From the human T2T-CHM13v2.0 reference genome, Homo sapiens, in the NCBI RefSeq assembly GCF_009914755.1, contig NC_060947.1: a stretch of DNA of 64,000 bases; one strand, given 5' to 3'. The translations under genes were made by a program, and so were the position numbers. Of this stretch, positions 61,962 to 64,000 are shown piece after piece (within the stretch, counting starts at the first letter, position 1; every line of letters starts with the position of its first letter). The notes beneath the pieces were generated by a model. That model was not told where the DNA came from. It searched no databases and saw only the letters and a list, made by a program, of their open reading frames with translations.

Positions 61962-62599
61962 CTAAAGTAGTCCTTAAAACCGTCTGGCTTCTCACCAAGT
62001 TTTGACTACTGAATTGAGACAGCTTGTTGCTTTTTCTTGGCATATTAGATTGATTATACATGAAAACCTATCTGAGATGTTTTCTACAATGTCTATCCAT
62101 CATATGAAGGACTTAATGTCTCTGTGGTTAGACAAAGATAATACAAGCCATCTTAGAAGGTATGCTGTATAGGTTGCCCACGAAATAAACAAACAAACAA
62201 ACTGGAATTCAACATGGCTGCCCAAGGTCAACCTAGACTACTTAATGAAGTTCAGCCATAGACTAGCTACCATTTTTCGTAGAGAATTGTTTCCTCTTTG
62301 GAGCAATGCTTATCGTATATAAACTTTGTAATCAGTCTCTTCACATTCTTTTAAATATCTCATTGGCTATATATTGGCCTTTCCAAAACAATCAAGTGTC
62401 CTACTGTGAGTTCTCAACATTACTAATGGACATTGAAGAGACAGTTTTACAATAAAGTTTTGAAGGCTTAACACTGGAATTAGGAGCTATTCAGTATAGC
62501 ATCTTCAGGGTCAGGGCATTCTCTGAAAAAAACATAGGATCCTACAAGATAGAAAACCCTACTTCACTCTCCTCTCTATCTAATTTCTACTCTTTTTTT

Positions 62600-63728
<1,129 letters not shown>

Positions 63729-63902
63729 GCCCCACTCTGCTTCGGCTCACCCTCCTTGGGCTGCACCCACTATCTAATCAGTCCCAATGAGATGAGCCGG
63801 GTACCTCAGTTGGAAATGCAGAAATCACTTGCTTTCTGCGTTGATCTCACTGGGAGCTGCAGACAGGAGCTGTTCCTATTCGGCCATCTTGCCGGCCACC
63901 CC
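63729..63902 (-). mobile_element. Isolated 5' tip of an L1PA7/8-like element, followed by the 3' tip of an MLT2 LTR (63903-63940)
   Basis: ..ggagctgttcctattcggccatcttgcc 5' end, then ggttctctttctctggagaaccttgactaa. Confidence 0.85.
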
Positions 63903-64000
63903 ATTGGTTCTCTTTCTCTGGAGAACCTTGACTAACATATACTTTTTACCTGGTATTCACACCATCGTCTCTATGATTCAACATAGAATGGTGATTCTGT

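Overview
Human genomic DNA, judged from an AluYa5 carrying all five diagnostic bases. The window is AT-rich and very repeat-dense. There is no intact host protein-coding gene, and almost all ORFs in the track are L1, Alu or MaLR derived. Main content: three long minus-strand primate L1s (A, ~L1PA4, 4860-11000; B, ~L1PA5, 35279-41136; C, ~L1PA7/8, 53783-58925); several older L1M/L1PB elements; a two-LTR MST (MaLR) provirus carrying a HERV-H LTR7 solo LTR; about ten Alus, two of them very young; 3'-truncated U2 and 5S retropseudogenes; and MLT, MER, MADE1, L2, L3 and MIR relics. The most interesting signals are: (1) the three L1s, although independently inserted and of different subfamilies, share interleaved non-consensus substitutions, suggesting local L1-to-L1 gene conversion; (2) the few unique islands carry phase-compatible minus-strand exon-like blocks with stop codons, suggesting an unidentified decayed multi-exon gene; (3) several templated-insertion or template-switch repair scars. 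Subfamily calls and consensus comparisons come from remembered consensus sequences, not from a computed alignment.
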